A stretch of 64,000 bases of DNA, taken from assembly GCA_032718475.1 (NCBI GenBank), contig JAUCBJ010005698.1:1-64000 (forward strand). Direction: 5' to 3'. Made by a program: the position numbers and the translations under genes. Source of the stretch: Nemertoderma westbladi. Lineage: Eukaryota > Animalia > Xenacoelomorpha. Under the pieces are notes generated by a model. The model was not told the DNA's origin and made no database searches. It saw nothing but the letters and a program-made list of their open reading frames with translations. Shown here piece by piece: positions 1 to 10,493 of this stretch (positions are counted from its first letter, which is position 1; each line of letters starts with the position of its first letter).

Positions 1-35
1 TTGTAACCGCAGGTTCTGGTTGAACCCAAATCCCC

Positions 36-921
36 GGTCGGATATTGAATTCGACTTTAGTAACCTATGGTTTAGTGCTGGTAACTTGCGGTTCAACCAT
101 GTCCTACCATTGGTTTTTTACCAGAAATCCCTGGTCGGATATTGAATTCGACTTTAGTAACCTATGGTTCAGTGCTGGTAACTTGCGGTTCAACCATGCC
201 CTACCATTGGTTTTTTACCAGAAATCCCCGGTCGGATATTGAATTCGACTTTAGTAACCTATGGTTCAGTGCTGGTAACTTGCGGTTCAACCATGCCCTA
301 CCATTGGTTTTTTAGCAGAAATCCCCGGTCGGATATTGAATTCCACTTTAGTAACCTATGGTTCAGTGCTGCTAACTTGCGGTTCAACCATGCACTACCA
401 TTGGTTTTTTAGCAGAAATCCCCGGTCGGATATTGAATTCGACTTTAGTAACCTATGGTTTGGTGCTGGTAACTTGCGGTTTAACCATGTCCTACCATTG
501 GTTTTTTACCAGAAATCCCCGGTCGGATTGAATTCGACTTTAGTAACCTATGGTTCAGTGCTGGTAACTTGCGGTTCAACCATGCCCTACCATTGGTTTT
601 TTAGCAGAAATCCCCGGTCGGATATTGAATTCGACTTTAGTAACCTATGGTTTAGTGCTGGTAACTTGCGGTTCAACCATGTCCTACCATTGGTTTTTTA
701 CCAGAAATCCCCGGTCGGATATTGAATTCGACTTTAGTAACCTATGGTTTAGTGCTGGTAACTTGCGGTTCAACCATGTCCTACCATTGGTTTTTTACCA
801 GAAATCCCCGGTCGGATATTGAATTCGACTTTAGTAACCTATGGTTTAGTGCTGGTAACTTGCGGTTCAACCATGCCCTACCATTGGTTTTTTTTAGCAG
901 AAATCCCCGGTCGGATATTGA
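36..921. repeat. Subterminal tandem array, ~97-bp unit, ~9 copies
   Basis: Unit gaattcgactttagtaacctatggtt...ccccggtcggatatt repeats head-to-tail; contains aacctatggtt and accattggtt palindromes. Confidence 0.95.
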
Positions 922-1465
922 ATACGATTGGGCTGGTAACATAAAACACACGTAGAATTATATTGTAATCTAATTATATTCAAATAACAAAATTGAATTA
1001 AAGTAAATCAAATTATGAAAACACAGCGCATCAATCATTACAATTATAAAATACATACAGCGCATGGGGTGAGTATGTAAAATGGCACCACTGAACTATT
1101 ATAACTATAAAATCAATCTATTTAAAAAATATACAAGATCCAAACGTTTTTATCTTAACATTGATTTGCTGCGGTGGAGACTATATTGCATGCCAAAGCA
1201 TGTGTATATATAGAAAATATGTGTACTCTGGCAAACAACAAATCAAATTATAAAACCACATCGCATTGAGTGAGTGTATATTTAAACTACTAAACTATAT
1301 TATAGGTAAAAAACACTAAACCACTAAAACTGCTATATAGGTAAAATTAAATCAATTTAAAAAAGGTATTTTTATATTCATTTTTGTAAAACAATATCAA
1401 TAGGTTTTGCAGTGCAATGCAAAATATATGCATACTGCGGGAAAAGGTGTCTGAAAAAAACCCAG

Positions 1466-3796
1466 CTATTGAAGTTCCTCAAAGGTAAATTTGCAATTGA
1501 CAAAATAATGGTTCTTGTACGATAAGCACCGCAATTCCATAGGCAACCTCGGATAAAAATATGACAGCCATATTTTATGTATTGATGGTGCATCATTGGG
1601 ATTTAAATATATTTCATAAGCTGAAATGTGTGAATTATAGCACAGCGTTTCTAACTTTTGAACAGTAAATAGTGCATCGCTTTCATCTTTAAGTACTTCT
1701 AATTTATTTACAAGTCCAAAACAAGGCATTCCAAATGCATTATAATCAGAGGTAAATATAATACTCTTTCCAGTTGTATAAATATTACCAAGGTAAGCTA
1801 TCTTTCTAAAACAATGCATTTGGGTTGATTCACAATTATTTACACTATTTATTCCCCTCACACTTTCATAAAGAAATCCGGACCCGTTGCTTGTTAATTG
1901 ATAACACAATTGCTCTTGTAAACGACTACTTAGGAATTTTGGTAAATTTTTATAACATTGTTGGGACTTAGTCCAACGTTTAAGAACTGAATGTTTCGCT
2001 TCAAAACGCATCGCCCAATGCGTGCACGGTGGGCCAAAATTTATGATATCATCAACCAAGTGTAACATGTAATGCAACTTAGGAAAAGATTTCTTATAAC
2101 ACTTAATAAAAGCATTACCATGCTCTTCCACAAGTGCTTCGAGAAGACAAATGTCACCTGGAGATATAAAATAAGACATACAAATTTGTACAATCCTATA
2201 TAGAAACATTAGACATTGCCATTTCGCATTACTTTCCTTAAAATACTCACCAACAGCTACTGGTAAAACATTTAAAAGGACATATGTCTGAATGGCAGAC
2301 TGGCGTAGGGTGTACAACCCTTCAGAGGTTAATTGTTTATATTGTATCTTTGCGGGAATATCTGTACATTGTCTATTTGAATAGTTATAATGACTGATTT
2401 TGTTGTTAAGTTCATCAATCGACAATATATGTCTGGTTACAATCAAATCTTGAAGTATTAGTTTAATTTCAACAATAACCACGCCTTCAAAGAAATCATG
2501 ATGAAAATCATGTACTAAACAAGTTGTTAAAGAAAAGTTCGGAATATCTGACAATGGACTGGGACCATTAATACCAAACATAACTGAGTTGGCTTTCCGT
2601 GTGGAAATTGGACTGTCACTGTCCATAACCAATTTCAGTTGACTTGTATAAAGCTCTTCTGTTCTCAATTCTAACTCTGAACTTTTTATTTTAATTGGTA
2701 TTTCGATATTTTTTATCATGCAACTGCGGCAAAAACACTGCGCCGAAGCACTTTGTTTAAATCCGCCAATTAAGGCTGATGCAGGGTTATCGGCGACCAA
2801 ACACAATAAAGTTCCATAACACTTTAAATTATTAAATGTGTAACCTTCACCTAAAATTTTCATAGCTCTTATGAAATCAGACAAAATTTCATTCATATAC
2901 AAGGAAACGTCAACACTAAAACAAACAGATTGCAAAAAAATACAGTTTAATTTCGATCGAAATTGTGGACGGATATTTGCGAGTGACCAATAAAATAAAC
3001 CGAGTTTATGCTTTTTTACATAAGACCCTAATGGATTACAAAATTCAACATCGTCATAATAGAGAATGAACTGTAACAATGTTGCTAGGTTATTTGAGTT
3101 TTTAGCCAATGGATGGTTCTTAAAAAAATCCCCATCTGATATATCGCAAAAATAATTTTCCAAATCAGGTTCCAAGTTACGTTTTTGTTCTATTTCATTC
3201 AATATTTCTGGGTTTGTTAACAATTGAGCAAGTTGTTCAAGTACGGGGACAAAACAAAACGAGGAACTATTGGGAAGTTGTACTGACCTGGGGTCAATTA
3301 ACCCACATTCGGAAACATAAAAACTATGTCTAAGAAATGGCGTAGAAAGTTTTTGAAATGCTGACTCCTGATTTTGAGGGATAGGATTATGGATGAGGTC
3401 TGGAATAGTTTTCACTACAATATTTACAGCATTTTCCGTCATATTTCCATTATGCTTGCAGTTTAAAATAAATTTTGCCGTTTCCATGCACTCTGAATCC
3501 ATTTTATTGCAAAATATCGGCAAAGGTAAATATTTCTTAGAGTACTCAGCTTCTGAGGTAAAATCCGGGGGAAGGGTTAGGGTACTAGTACCAGGTTCTT
3601 CCACTCTAAGTCTAGCAGGTGCAAAGCAGTTTTTTGGAATATCGTTTGCTAAAATGCTGTGTTTTCGAAACATATGTGATCTTAAACCAGAGTATGTACG
3701 AAACTTACTTCCACATACTGAATCTACTCTATCAGTTACGTTGCACACAACATTGAATGTATGTGAATATTTGTAGGCCCGTAGGTAATTTTCCAT
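1466..3796 (-). CDS. EnSpm/CACTA-like transposase (776 aa) with N-terminal C2H2 zinc finger
   Basis: Motifs typical of animal EnSpm transposases: LYYDDVEFCNPLG..KHKLG.FY, ADNPAS..IGGF..CRSC, HDFHHDFFEG, PKLHYMLH, FGPP..WAMRFEAKH. C2H2 motif CGSKFRTYSGLRSHMFRKH. Uninterrupted ORF; upstream exons cannot be excluded. Confidence 0.88.
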   Translation of the reverse strand: MENYLRAYKYSHTFNVVCNVTDRVDSVCGSKFRTYSGLRSHMFRKHSILANDIPKNCFAPARLRVEEPGTSTLTLPPDFTSEAEYSKKYLPLPIFCNKMDSECMETAKFILNCKHNGNMTENAVNIVVKTIPDLIHNPIPQNQESAFQKLSTPFLRHSFYVSECGLIDPRSVQLPNSSSFCFVPVLEQLAQLLTNPEILNEIEQKRNLEPDLENYFCDISDGDFFKNHPLAKNSNNLATLLQFILYYDDVEFCNPLGSYVKKHKLGLFYWSLANIRPQFRSKLNCIFLQSVCFSVDVSLYMNEILSDFIRAMKILGEGYTFNNLKCYGTLLCLVADNPASALIGGFKQSASAQCFCRSCMIKNIEIPIKIKSSELELRTEELYTSQLKLVMDSDSPISTRKANSVMFGINGPSPLSDIPNFSLTTCLVHDFHHDFFEGVVIVEIKLILQDLIVTRHILSIDELNNKISHYNYSNRQCTDIPAKIQYKQLTSEGLYTLRQSAIQTYVLLNVLPVAVGEYFKESNAKWQCLMFLYRIVQICMSYFISPGDICLLEALVEEHGNAFIKCYKKSFPKLHYMLHLVDDIINFGPPCTHWAMRFEAKHSVLKRWTKSQQCYKNLPKFLSSRLQEQLCYQLTSNGSGFLYESVRGINSVNNCESTQMHCFRKIAYLGNIYTTGKSIIFTSDYNAFGMPCFGLVNKLEVLKDESDALFTVQKLETLCYNSHISAYEIYLNPNDAPSIHKIWLSYFYPRLPMELRCLSYKNHYFVNCKFTFEELQ

Positions 3797-3902
3797 TCTC
3801 TGATTTATAAAATGTGCAATCTATCCAGATAATTTATGCCTTCCAGGAACTGATCGGAGAGGAACGGAACGGAGATTCTGTTAGGATAAAATAATAAGAA
3901 AA

Positions 3903-4932
3903 TACCATCATATATATAACTAAAATATAAGATAGAAGTCCCATAGCATAATTTGGTTTGCGAGAAACAACATCCACATCATGTAAGTATCACTCACTTG
4001 TAATGCTAAAGTTTATGATTGATATTGATCAGTATCTATTGGTTTAAAACTATATATATATATGAAAAAGACGAGTTTCTGAAGTCAGCGATACCATCAT
4101 TTCATATAAGCATAAAATATAAGATAGAAGTCCCATAGCATAATTTGGTTTGCGAGAAACAACATCCACATCATGTAAGTATCACTCACTTGTAATGATT
4201 GATATTGATCAGTATCTATTGGTTTAAAACTATATATATATGAAAAAGACGAGATTCTGAAGTCAGCGATACCATCATATAGAAGTCCCATAGCATAATT
4301 TGGTTTGCGAGAAACAACATCCACATCATGTAAGTATCACTCACTTGTAATGATTGATATTGATCAGTATCTATTGGTTTAAAACTATATATATATGAAA
4401 AAGACGAGATTCTGAAGTCAGCGATACCATCATATAGAAGTCCCATAGCATAATTTGGTTTGCGAGAAACAACATCCACATCATGTAAGTATCACTCACT
4501 TGTAATGATTGATATTGATCAGTATCTATTGGTTTAAAACTATATATATATGAAAAAGACGAGATTCTGAAGTCAGCGATACCATCATATAGAAGTCCCA
4601 TAGCATAATTTGGTTTGCGAGAAACAACATCCACATCATGTAAGTATCACTCACTTGTAATGCTAAAGTTTATGATTGATATTGATCAGTATCTATTGGT
4701 TTAAAACTATATATATATGAAAAAGACGAGATTCTGAAGTCAGCGATACCATCATTTCATATAAGCATAAAATATAAGATAGAAGTCCCATAGCATAATT
4801 TGGTTTGCGAGAAACAACATCCACATCATATGTAAGTATCACTCACTTGTACGTATATAATGCTAAAGTTTATGATTGATATTGATCATTTTCTATTGAT
4901 TTAAAACTATATGAATATGCCGAATTTCTGAA
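3903..4932. repeat. Tandem repeat, ~155-190-bp unit, ~6 copies, between the two transposon ORFs
   Basis: tagaagtcccatagcataatttggtttgcgagaaacaacatccacatc recurs at ~3933, 4125, 4280, 4435, 4590 and 4780. Confidence 0.95.
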
Positions 4933-4933
4933 T

Positions 4934-6142
4934 TTATTTTTCGATGGCCTCAGCTAGTGCTCGGGCAAAACATTTGCCAGATTTCTTGGCCGCATACAAA
5001 TCGAAATTATCGCCAGAATACGGTTCTATATATATATCTCTGACCCATGAAAAGTTATGGGTTCCATAAAAGTATACCCAGTAGTAAGACCCCTCCTTTT
5101 GAGGAGCGTAATTGCTTAGCATTGGTTTAGCAATTAGGCCTGGCCACATAGTATCCTTTACCCGTAGACGGGCCCACACCTGATCGTGGAATGTGAATCG
5201 ATTCCCTGATGGAAACTGCCACACCTTATCATACTCGATGTCTGAGGATGACTGCGGATCCTTGTCGACAGCAGCATTAGTCTCATTAACATGGTCGTTA
5301 TCTGACTCTGGCTCGGGAGTGGAATCATTGGACTCATCAGACAATGAAACCGTATCGTCAGTTTCGCCTTGTTCAGAAGGAGGCCCATGAAAACCACTGT
5401 CATCCTTACGGGGGTTATCTTTACCACTCTCGGAGGCCTTGGCAAGACATTCAGAACTATTACTATTTTTAGTGGAGTTATATCTTTTTTTGTTGTGGCG
5501 CCTCTCTGCAAATCTGCCCCGAAATACGACTTTACGGTCTCTCAGCCTCTTATGTTTAATTAGGAATTCCGGATACACATTACAAACAGAATCTGCAATG
5601 GACTCTAAATCAAAAATCTGCCGTTTCTCATAATCATCAACAAGGAGACGTACAGCACTCCTAAATTTCGGGGACAGTGCAGACAATGGGCCAGACACTT
5701 CAAACTTTAACACTGGGACGAGTTTTACATTTCTATCTGTGGGAGAAGGCTGGGGTAGGTAGTAATCACAACCGTCTATGGTTGTCTTAGCTAAATTTTG
5801 ACGTCGAAGATCAGCCTCCTCTCGATTAAATGATTGACTATTTGGGGTCGAACCCAGATCACAACTGGATGTTGAAGAGGCAGAATTGGGTACATTCAAA
5901 TCTGATTCGTGTGATACCTTCTGCCTTTTACTTGTCGGAGTAACTACATTGCCAGTGTATATTTCATTTTCTTTGAAGCAACCTGGGCATATACGCCAGT
6001 GTGGCTTCATAATGAAAGAGCAACATTTTATTTCTTTCTTGGCATATAATGGTATGCTACATGACGGACATATTTTCATGCGCAAATCAAGTTCTTCCCC
6101 ACAGTCACAAATTGGTTCATGTAAAGATTGTAAACTTGACAT
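4934..6142 (-). CDS. Transposon accessory protein (402 aa): N-terminal double zinc ribbon, acidic linker, C-terminal PWWP domain
   Basis: CDCG..CPSC..CC..CPGC at the N-terminus. C-terminal FTFHDQVWARL..MWPGLI..YWVYFYGTHNFSWV..IEPY matches the PWWP fold. Same strand as the transposase and inside the element ends. Confidence 0.8.
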   Translation of the reverse strand: MSSLQSLHEPICDCGEELDLRMKICPSCSIPLYAKKEIKCCSFIMKPHWRICPGCFKENEIYTGNVVTPTSKRQKVSHESDLNVPNSASSTSSCDLGSTPNSQSFNREEADLRRQNLAKTTIDGCDYYLPQPSPTDRNVKLVPVLKFEVSGPLSALSPKFRSAVRLLVDDYEKRQIFDLESIADSVCNVYPEFLIKHKRLRDRKVVFRGRFAERRHNKKRYNSTKNSNSSECLAKASESGKDNPRKDDSGFHGPPSEQGETDDTVSLSDESNDSTPEPESDNDHVNETNAAVDKDPQSSSDIEYDKVWQFPSGNRFTFHDQVWARLRVKDTMWPGLIAKPMLSNYAPQKEGSYYWVYFYGTHNFSWVRDIYIEPYSGDNFDLYAAKKSGKCFARALAEAIEK

Positions 6143-6414
6143 TGCTATACTAAGTAATGGTATGAAAATAAATTCCGCAATAACACTAGAGATAAATACA
6201 CTTAATATGAGATGGTCCTGATTATAGTATTATGCAACATTAGATACCGATAAGTCAGTGTCAGTCAGTCAGTGAGTACTGAGTATAGGTATGTGAAACG
6301 ATGGGTTCTGCGTCTTTACTGCATTATGCTTTTATGTTCTTTGGTCCTGCGAGTTAGGTCGTGGCGTGCGAAGGACAAACGACCTAATGAGAATGACCTA
6401 GGACTTAACACAAC

Positions 6415-7300
6415 AGGGAGTTAGTAGGAATGGAAATAGGGGTTGTTATTCCCTGCAACAGGAGGTTAATAGGCATGCAACCTGGGGTTGTGCATACCAA
6501 AGGAAGGTTAGTAGACATGCAACTGGGGGTTGTGAATACCACTGCAGCACTGTACCAACTTAAGGTCCGGTTATTTAGAGCAGCAGTAGTTCCAGTACCG
6601 GTACTCCTCTATGGGAGTCCATGCTGGGCTCTAACTGCTGAGGACACCAAATCTCTGGACGGCACATTCACAAGAATGCTACGCCTGGTTCATTGTGTCA
6701 AGTTCAATGCACACATCTCCAACCAGACACTATATAACATTGGAGGTGTCTCATTGGTTCCCCCAAGCTTGACACTAGAACAAAATCGCCTCCGCTTTGC
6801 AGGACATTGCTTTCGCTGTGAGGACCAGCCAGTGCATAATCTTGTACTTTGGCAGCTTGTACAGGGTGCCTTTGGGACAGTTGGTTGTAGTAATACTGTC
6901 ATAATAAGACATGTGTGCGGCTTTAGGTTGACAACTTCAACTTATGCAACTGGGGGTTGTGCATACGAACGGGAGGTTAGTCTGTTAGTAGGCATGCAAC
7001 TGCAACTGGGGGTTGTGCCATGCAACAGGAGGTTAATAGGCATGCAACTGGGGGTTGTGTCATGCAACAGTAGGTTAATAGGCCTGCAACTGGGGGTTAA
7101 TAGAGTAATACAGTAATAAGGCCTGCAAGTGGCTGAATGGGGGTTGTGCATACCAACTGCAGGTTAATAGGCATGCAACTGGGGGTTGTGTTGTGCATAC
7201 CAGCATACCAACGGGAGGTTAGTAGGCATGCAACTAGGGGTTGTAGGCCTACCATACCATGCAACAGGAGGTTAATAGGCATGCAAAGGCAAAGGGCTGA
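6415..7300. repeat. Degenerate ~41-bp minisatellite interrupted by an RTE fragment
   Basis: Unit like atgcaactgggggttgtgcataccaacaggaggttaataggc recurs at 6420-6540 and 6944-7290. Confidence 0.8.
6556..6855 (+). mobile_element. RTE-clade LINE fragment (C-terminal part of ORF)
   Basis: KVRLFRAAVV..LLYGSPCW..DGTFTRMLR..RLRFAGHC; near-identical to the copies at 22027-22160 and 34587-34876. Confidence 0.9.
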
Positions 7301-8108
7301 CGGGGGTTTTGCAATGTAACAGGATAATATAGTTAGGCTTGGGTGCCTTTGGGACAGTTGGTTGTAGTAATCCTGTTATAATAAGACACGATGTGTGCGG
7401 CTTTACGTTGATGACCGCTGCACACTGCAGGCGATGGACAGGTGGACCAAAAATGAGCACATTATTAGCCATAGAAGAGAACACGCATTGCGTGCGTCAG
7501 TGCGTGCCGGCAGGCAGGCATCTGGCGAGTATAGTTATATAGTAGGTCTACCATCTACCGCTACCGGTCAGCCTCAGCCGGTAGCGGTCTGGCGGTAGGC
7601 CGTACTGTACTGTAGTACCGGTAAGTAGGCTAGCTTTATTGCAGGAAGCACATAAGTGTTCCATAAGTATTCCGGCACTGTGCGCGCAGTGCAGTCTTGA
7701 ATGCCGTAGCCGTACGCAGAGATGGAGCTAAACAGATGAGAGCAAAAGCTTATCTCATTATCTGCCTAGGTGCTGTGCTAGGTCTATGAAACCAGTATCA
7801 AACCAACCCAGCAACCTGTCAATTACTGGTAGGATTATACAGTCTGGGCAGTATACTGGCAGACTGGTATGTCAGTGTCAGTATGTACAGATGTAGGCTA
7901 CTGACAGACTGACGTTTTATGAATGAATACACTAATTCAGCAATCAAATGAGCAAGAATACTGGACCTACATTTTTATTGAACAGTGGTGCTTGGGCATG
8001 TAGTTGTATCTTTATCATGAATCATGCCAGCTGTAATAAGAGTATTACGGGTTTTATTATACAACTCAGGGTTAGTGAGGTTACTGGCAGCAATTAAGAA
8101 CGTGAGAC

Positions 8109-8637
8109 TGTGGGGCGAGCCACGAAGTGAGCGAAGCCTTAGCATATGGGTACCATTAACGAGTTGTCTGTCGTCGTCGTCGTAAATTTTTGATCGCTAA
8201 TAACTCGGTTATTCCTTGATGAAATTTGGACGAACGAACGCAACGAGTTTACAGTGGATACGAGTATCCATCTGCCATAAATCAGCAGTTACTCTCACAG
8301 TTTCGAGACTTTGCGCAGTTATAAAGGTCGTTAGTCTCCCTTTAGGGAAATTATTTTAAAACAAAACAGGACGAGCGCAACGAGGCCAATGAAGGATAAG
8401 GGTACTGTAATACTAAAAATGTCATACTTAACTTAAATAGCCCTAGTTAGAAGGTTTACAAATGACAGTTAAAGTGTGTAAGGAAATGGATCTCTATTTT
8501 TACAACTAGTTTATCACAAACCATCAAAGCATCGCCTTCTTCTTAGGAAAGAGGGTATTCGTATATCTAATAGAGATTAGTATAATGTACTTTCTAATTT
8601 AGGCTCTCGTGCCGCGCGAAGGCCCCACGAACGTGTG
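8109..8637 (+). mobile_element. Non-coding interspersed element (HINE/DINE-1-like), copy 1, bounded by TGTG
   Basis: Highly similar to 20892-21491; gtggggc...gccccac subterminal inverted repeat; (GTC)n microsatellite near the 5' end. Confidence 0.85.
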
Positions 8638-8689
8638 TTTGTATGTATAGTAATAACCTGCAGTTGTGAAAATACAACCATTTTACATT

Positions 8690-9330
8690 TCTTAGAAACC
8701 GCCGGTTTGCAAACTATATGTGTTTATTAACAAGAACCAACAGTTTAAAAATAAAACCGACATTTTTACTTTTCATAGAAACCGCCGGTTTGCAAACCAT
8801 ATGTGTTTATTAACAAGAACCAACAGTTTGAAAATAAAACCGCCATTTTTGTATTTCATAAAAACCGCCGGTTTGCAAACTATATGTGTTTATTAACAAG
8901 AACCAACAGTTTGAAAAAAAAACCGCCATTTTTATATTTCATAAAAACCGCCGGTTTGCAAACTATGTGTTTATTAACAAGAACCAACAGTTTGAAAATA
9001 AAACCGACATTTTTACTTTTCATAGAAACCGCCGGTTTGCAAACCATATGTGTTTATTAACAAGAACCAACAGTTTGAAAATAAAACCGCCATTTTTATA
9101 TTTCATAAAAACCGCCGGTTTGCGAACTATATGTGTTTATTAACAAGAACCAACAGTTTGAAAATAAAACCGACATTTTTACTTTTCATAGAAACCGCCG
9201 GTTTGCAAACCATATGTGTTTATTAACAAGAACCAACAGTTTGAAAATAAAACCGCCATTTTTATATTTCATAAAACCGCCGGTTTGCAAACTATATATG
9301 TATTTCTTAATAACAACCGCTGGTTTGAAA
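8690..9330. repeat. Subterminal tandem array, ~83-bp unit, ~7 copies
   Basis: Unit aaaccgccggtttgcaaactatatgtgtttattaacaagaaccaacagtttgaaaataaaaccg...; contains AACC-GCC-GGTT. Confidence 0.95.
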
Positions 9331-10493
9331 TAAGAATAACCACTTTTTTAATACAACCAGCACATTCTTTGCAGAATTCCCAAATGACCACCGGTTTCAA
9401 ATCAGGTAATATAACAAATATTTCTTGAACCAGCGGTTTCAAATCGTAACCGGTGGTTCCTACCAGCCATGTTTTTATCATCCATACTAACCCCCGGTTT
9501 AACAATCACTACCACCAGTTCCTAACCATAACCAATGGTTAAAAAATCGACCGGCACTTACTTTTTTCAGTGTAGAAATATTAAAGCTATTCCCTTATTC
9601 TTATTTTTGGAGGAAGAGGTTAAAACGTTACACGTTTGTATTTCACCAATAGCCAAGACATACTTATGTCGATAGATATATATTATAATGTCGCTTGTAA
9701 GTTTCTTGTCTGTATGTATATTTATTTAGTGTGAGTGGATTATGATCGGTGACTGACTATGCATGTACCATAGCTACAAGAATATCGTCACCAGTTACTA
9801 AAACCTAGTCAGTAGGTTAGGATATCTTTATTATTTCTCATAGTTTCGCCGCTGGTTTTGGTTTACAATGAGTTTCCGATATATACTTTTATTTCATTGA
9901 ACTTCCAAAGTGTTTTGTGTATCACGTTATAGTTGCGCAGCTTTAGCAGCAAAGTTAAAAAAAAACAGATAAATTTCCAAGAATTTAACATAAACAATTT
10001 CATGACAATGCATTTGAAACACTGTAAACAACACAATTTAAACCAGAAATAATTTCATATAAACGTGGCCTAAATAATACTAGGGAGTTTGTTAAAAAAG
10101 TTCGAGAGCACATTTAAAGTAAACATGAAACACCGTATTAAATTTACACAGATATTATGAATATAAGGTTAAGATATATAAACAAACAAACAATATTTTC
10201 TATTACAACCGGCGAATACTGAAAGTTAGTTCAATTGTTTTTCCATAAAAGCCAATTTGAATTTCTGATAAAGGAGTCAGCATCTAGTAAACTAAGATAT
10301 TCGTAAACAAACATAGGCCTGTGTTCTTGTCACCATTTTGTATTTATAGTAAATATGTATTAGCGTTAAATGTGTAAAGTTGTCTTCTAGCATGTGCCAT
10401 GTATGTATATGTTTATTATAGTCTAATGCGGGGCTAACAATACTAAATGAAGTATATATGTTGTGTTGGAAACACAAATTATATAAAAGCCGC

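Larger units (their letters stand above)
1..9572 (-). mobile_element. EnSpm/CACTA (CMC superfamily) DNA transposon; left end lies outside the window
   Basis: Right terminus ...cttttttCAGTG at 9568-9572 (reads CACTGAAAAAAG on minus), followed by TA. Subterminal tandem arrays at both ends share the palindrome AACC-N3-GGTT. Encloses an EnSpm-type transposase and a second ORF. Confidence 0.8.

Noticed and set aside
45-955. Repeated short ORFs (also 4097-4634, 8803-9428, 59152-62067)
   Set aside because: Artefacts of tandem arrays.
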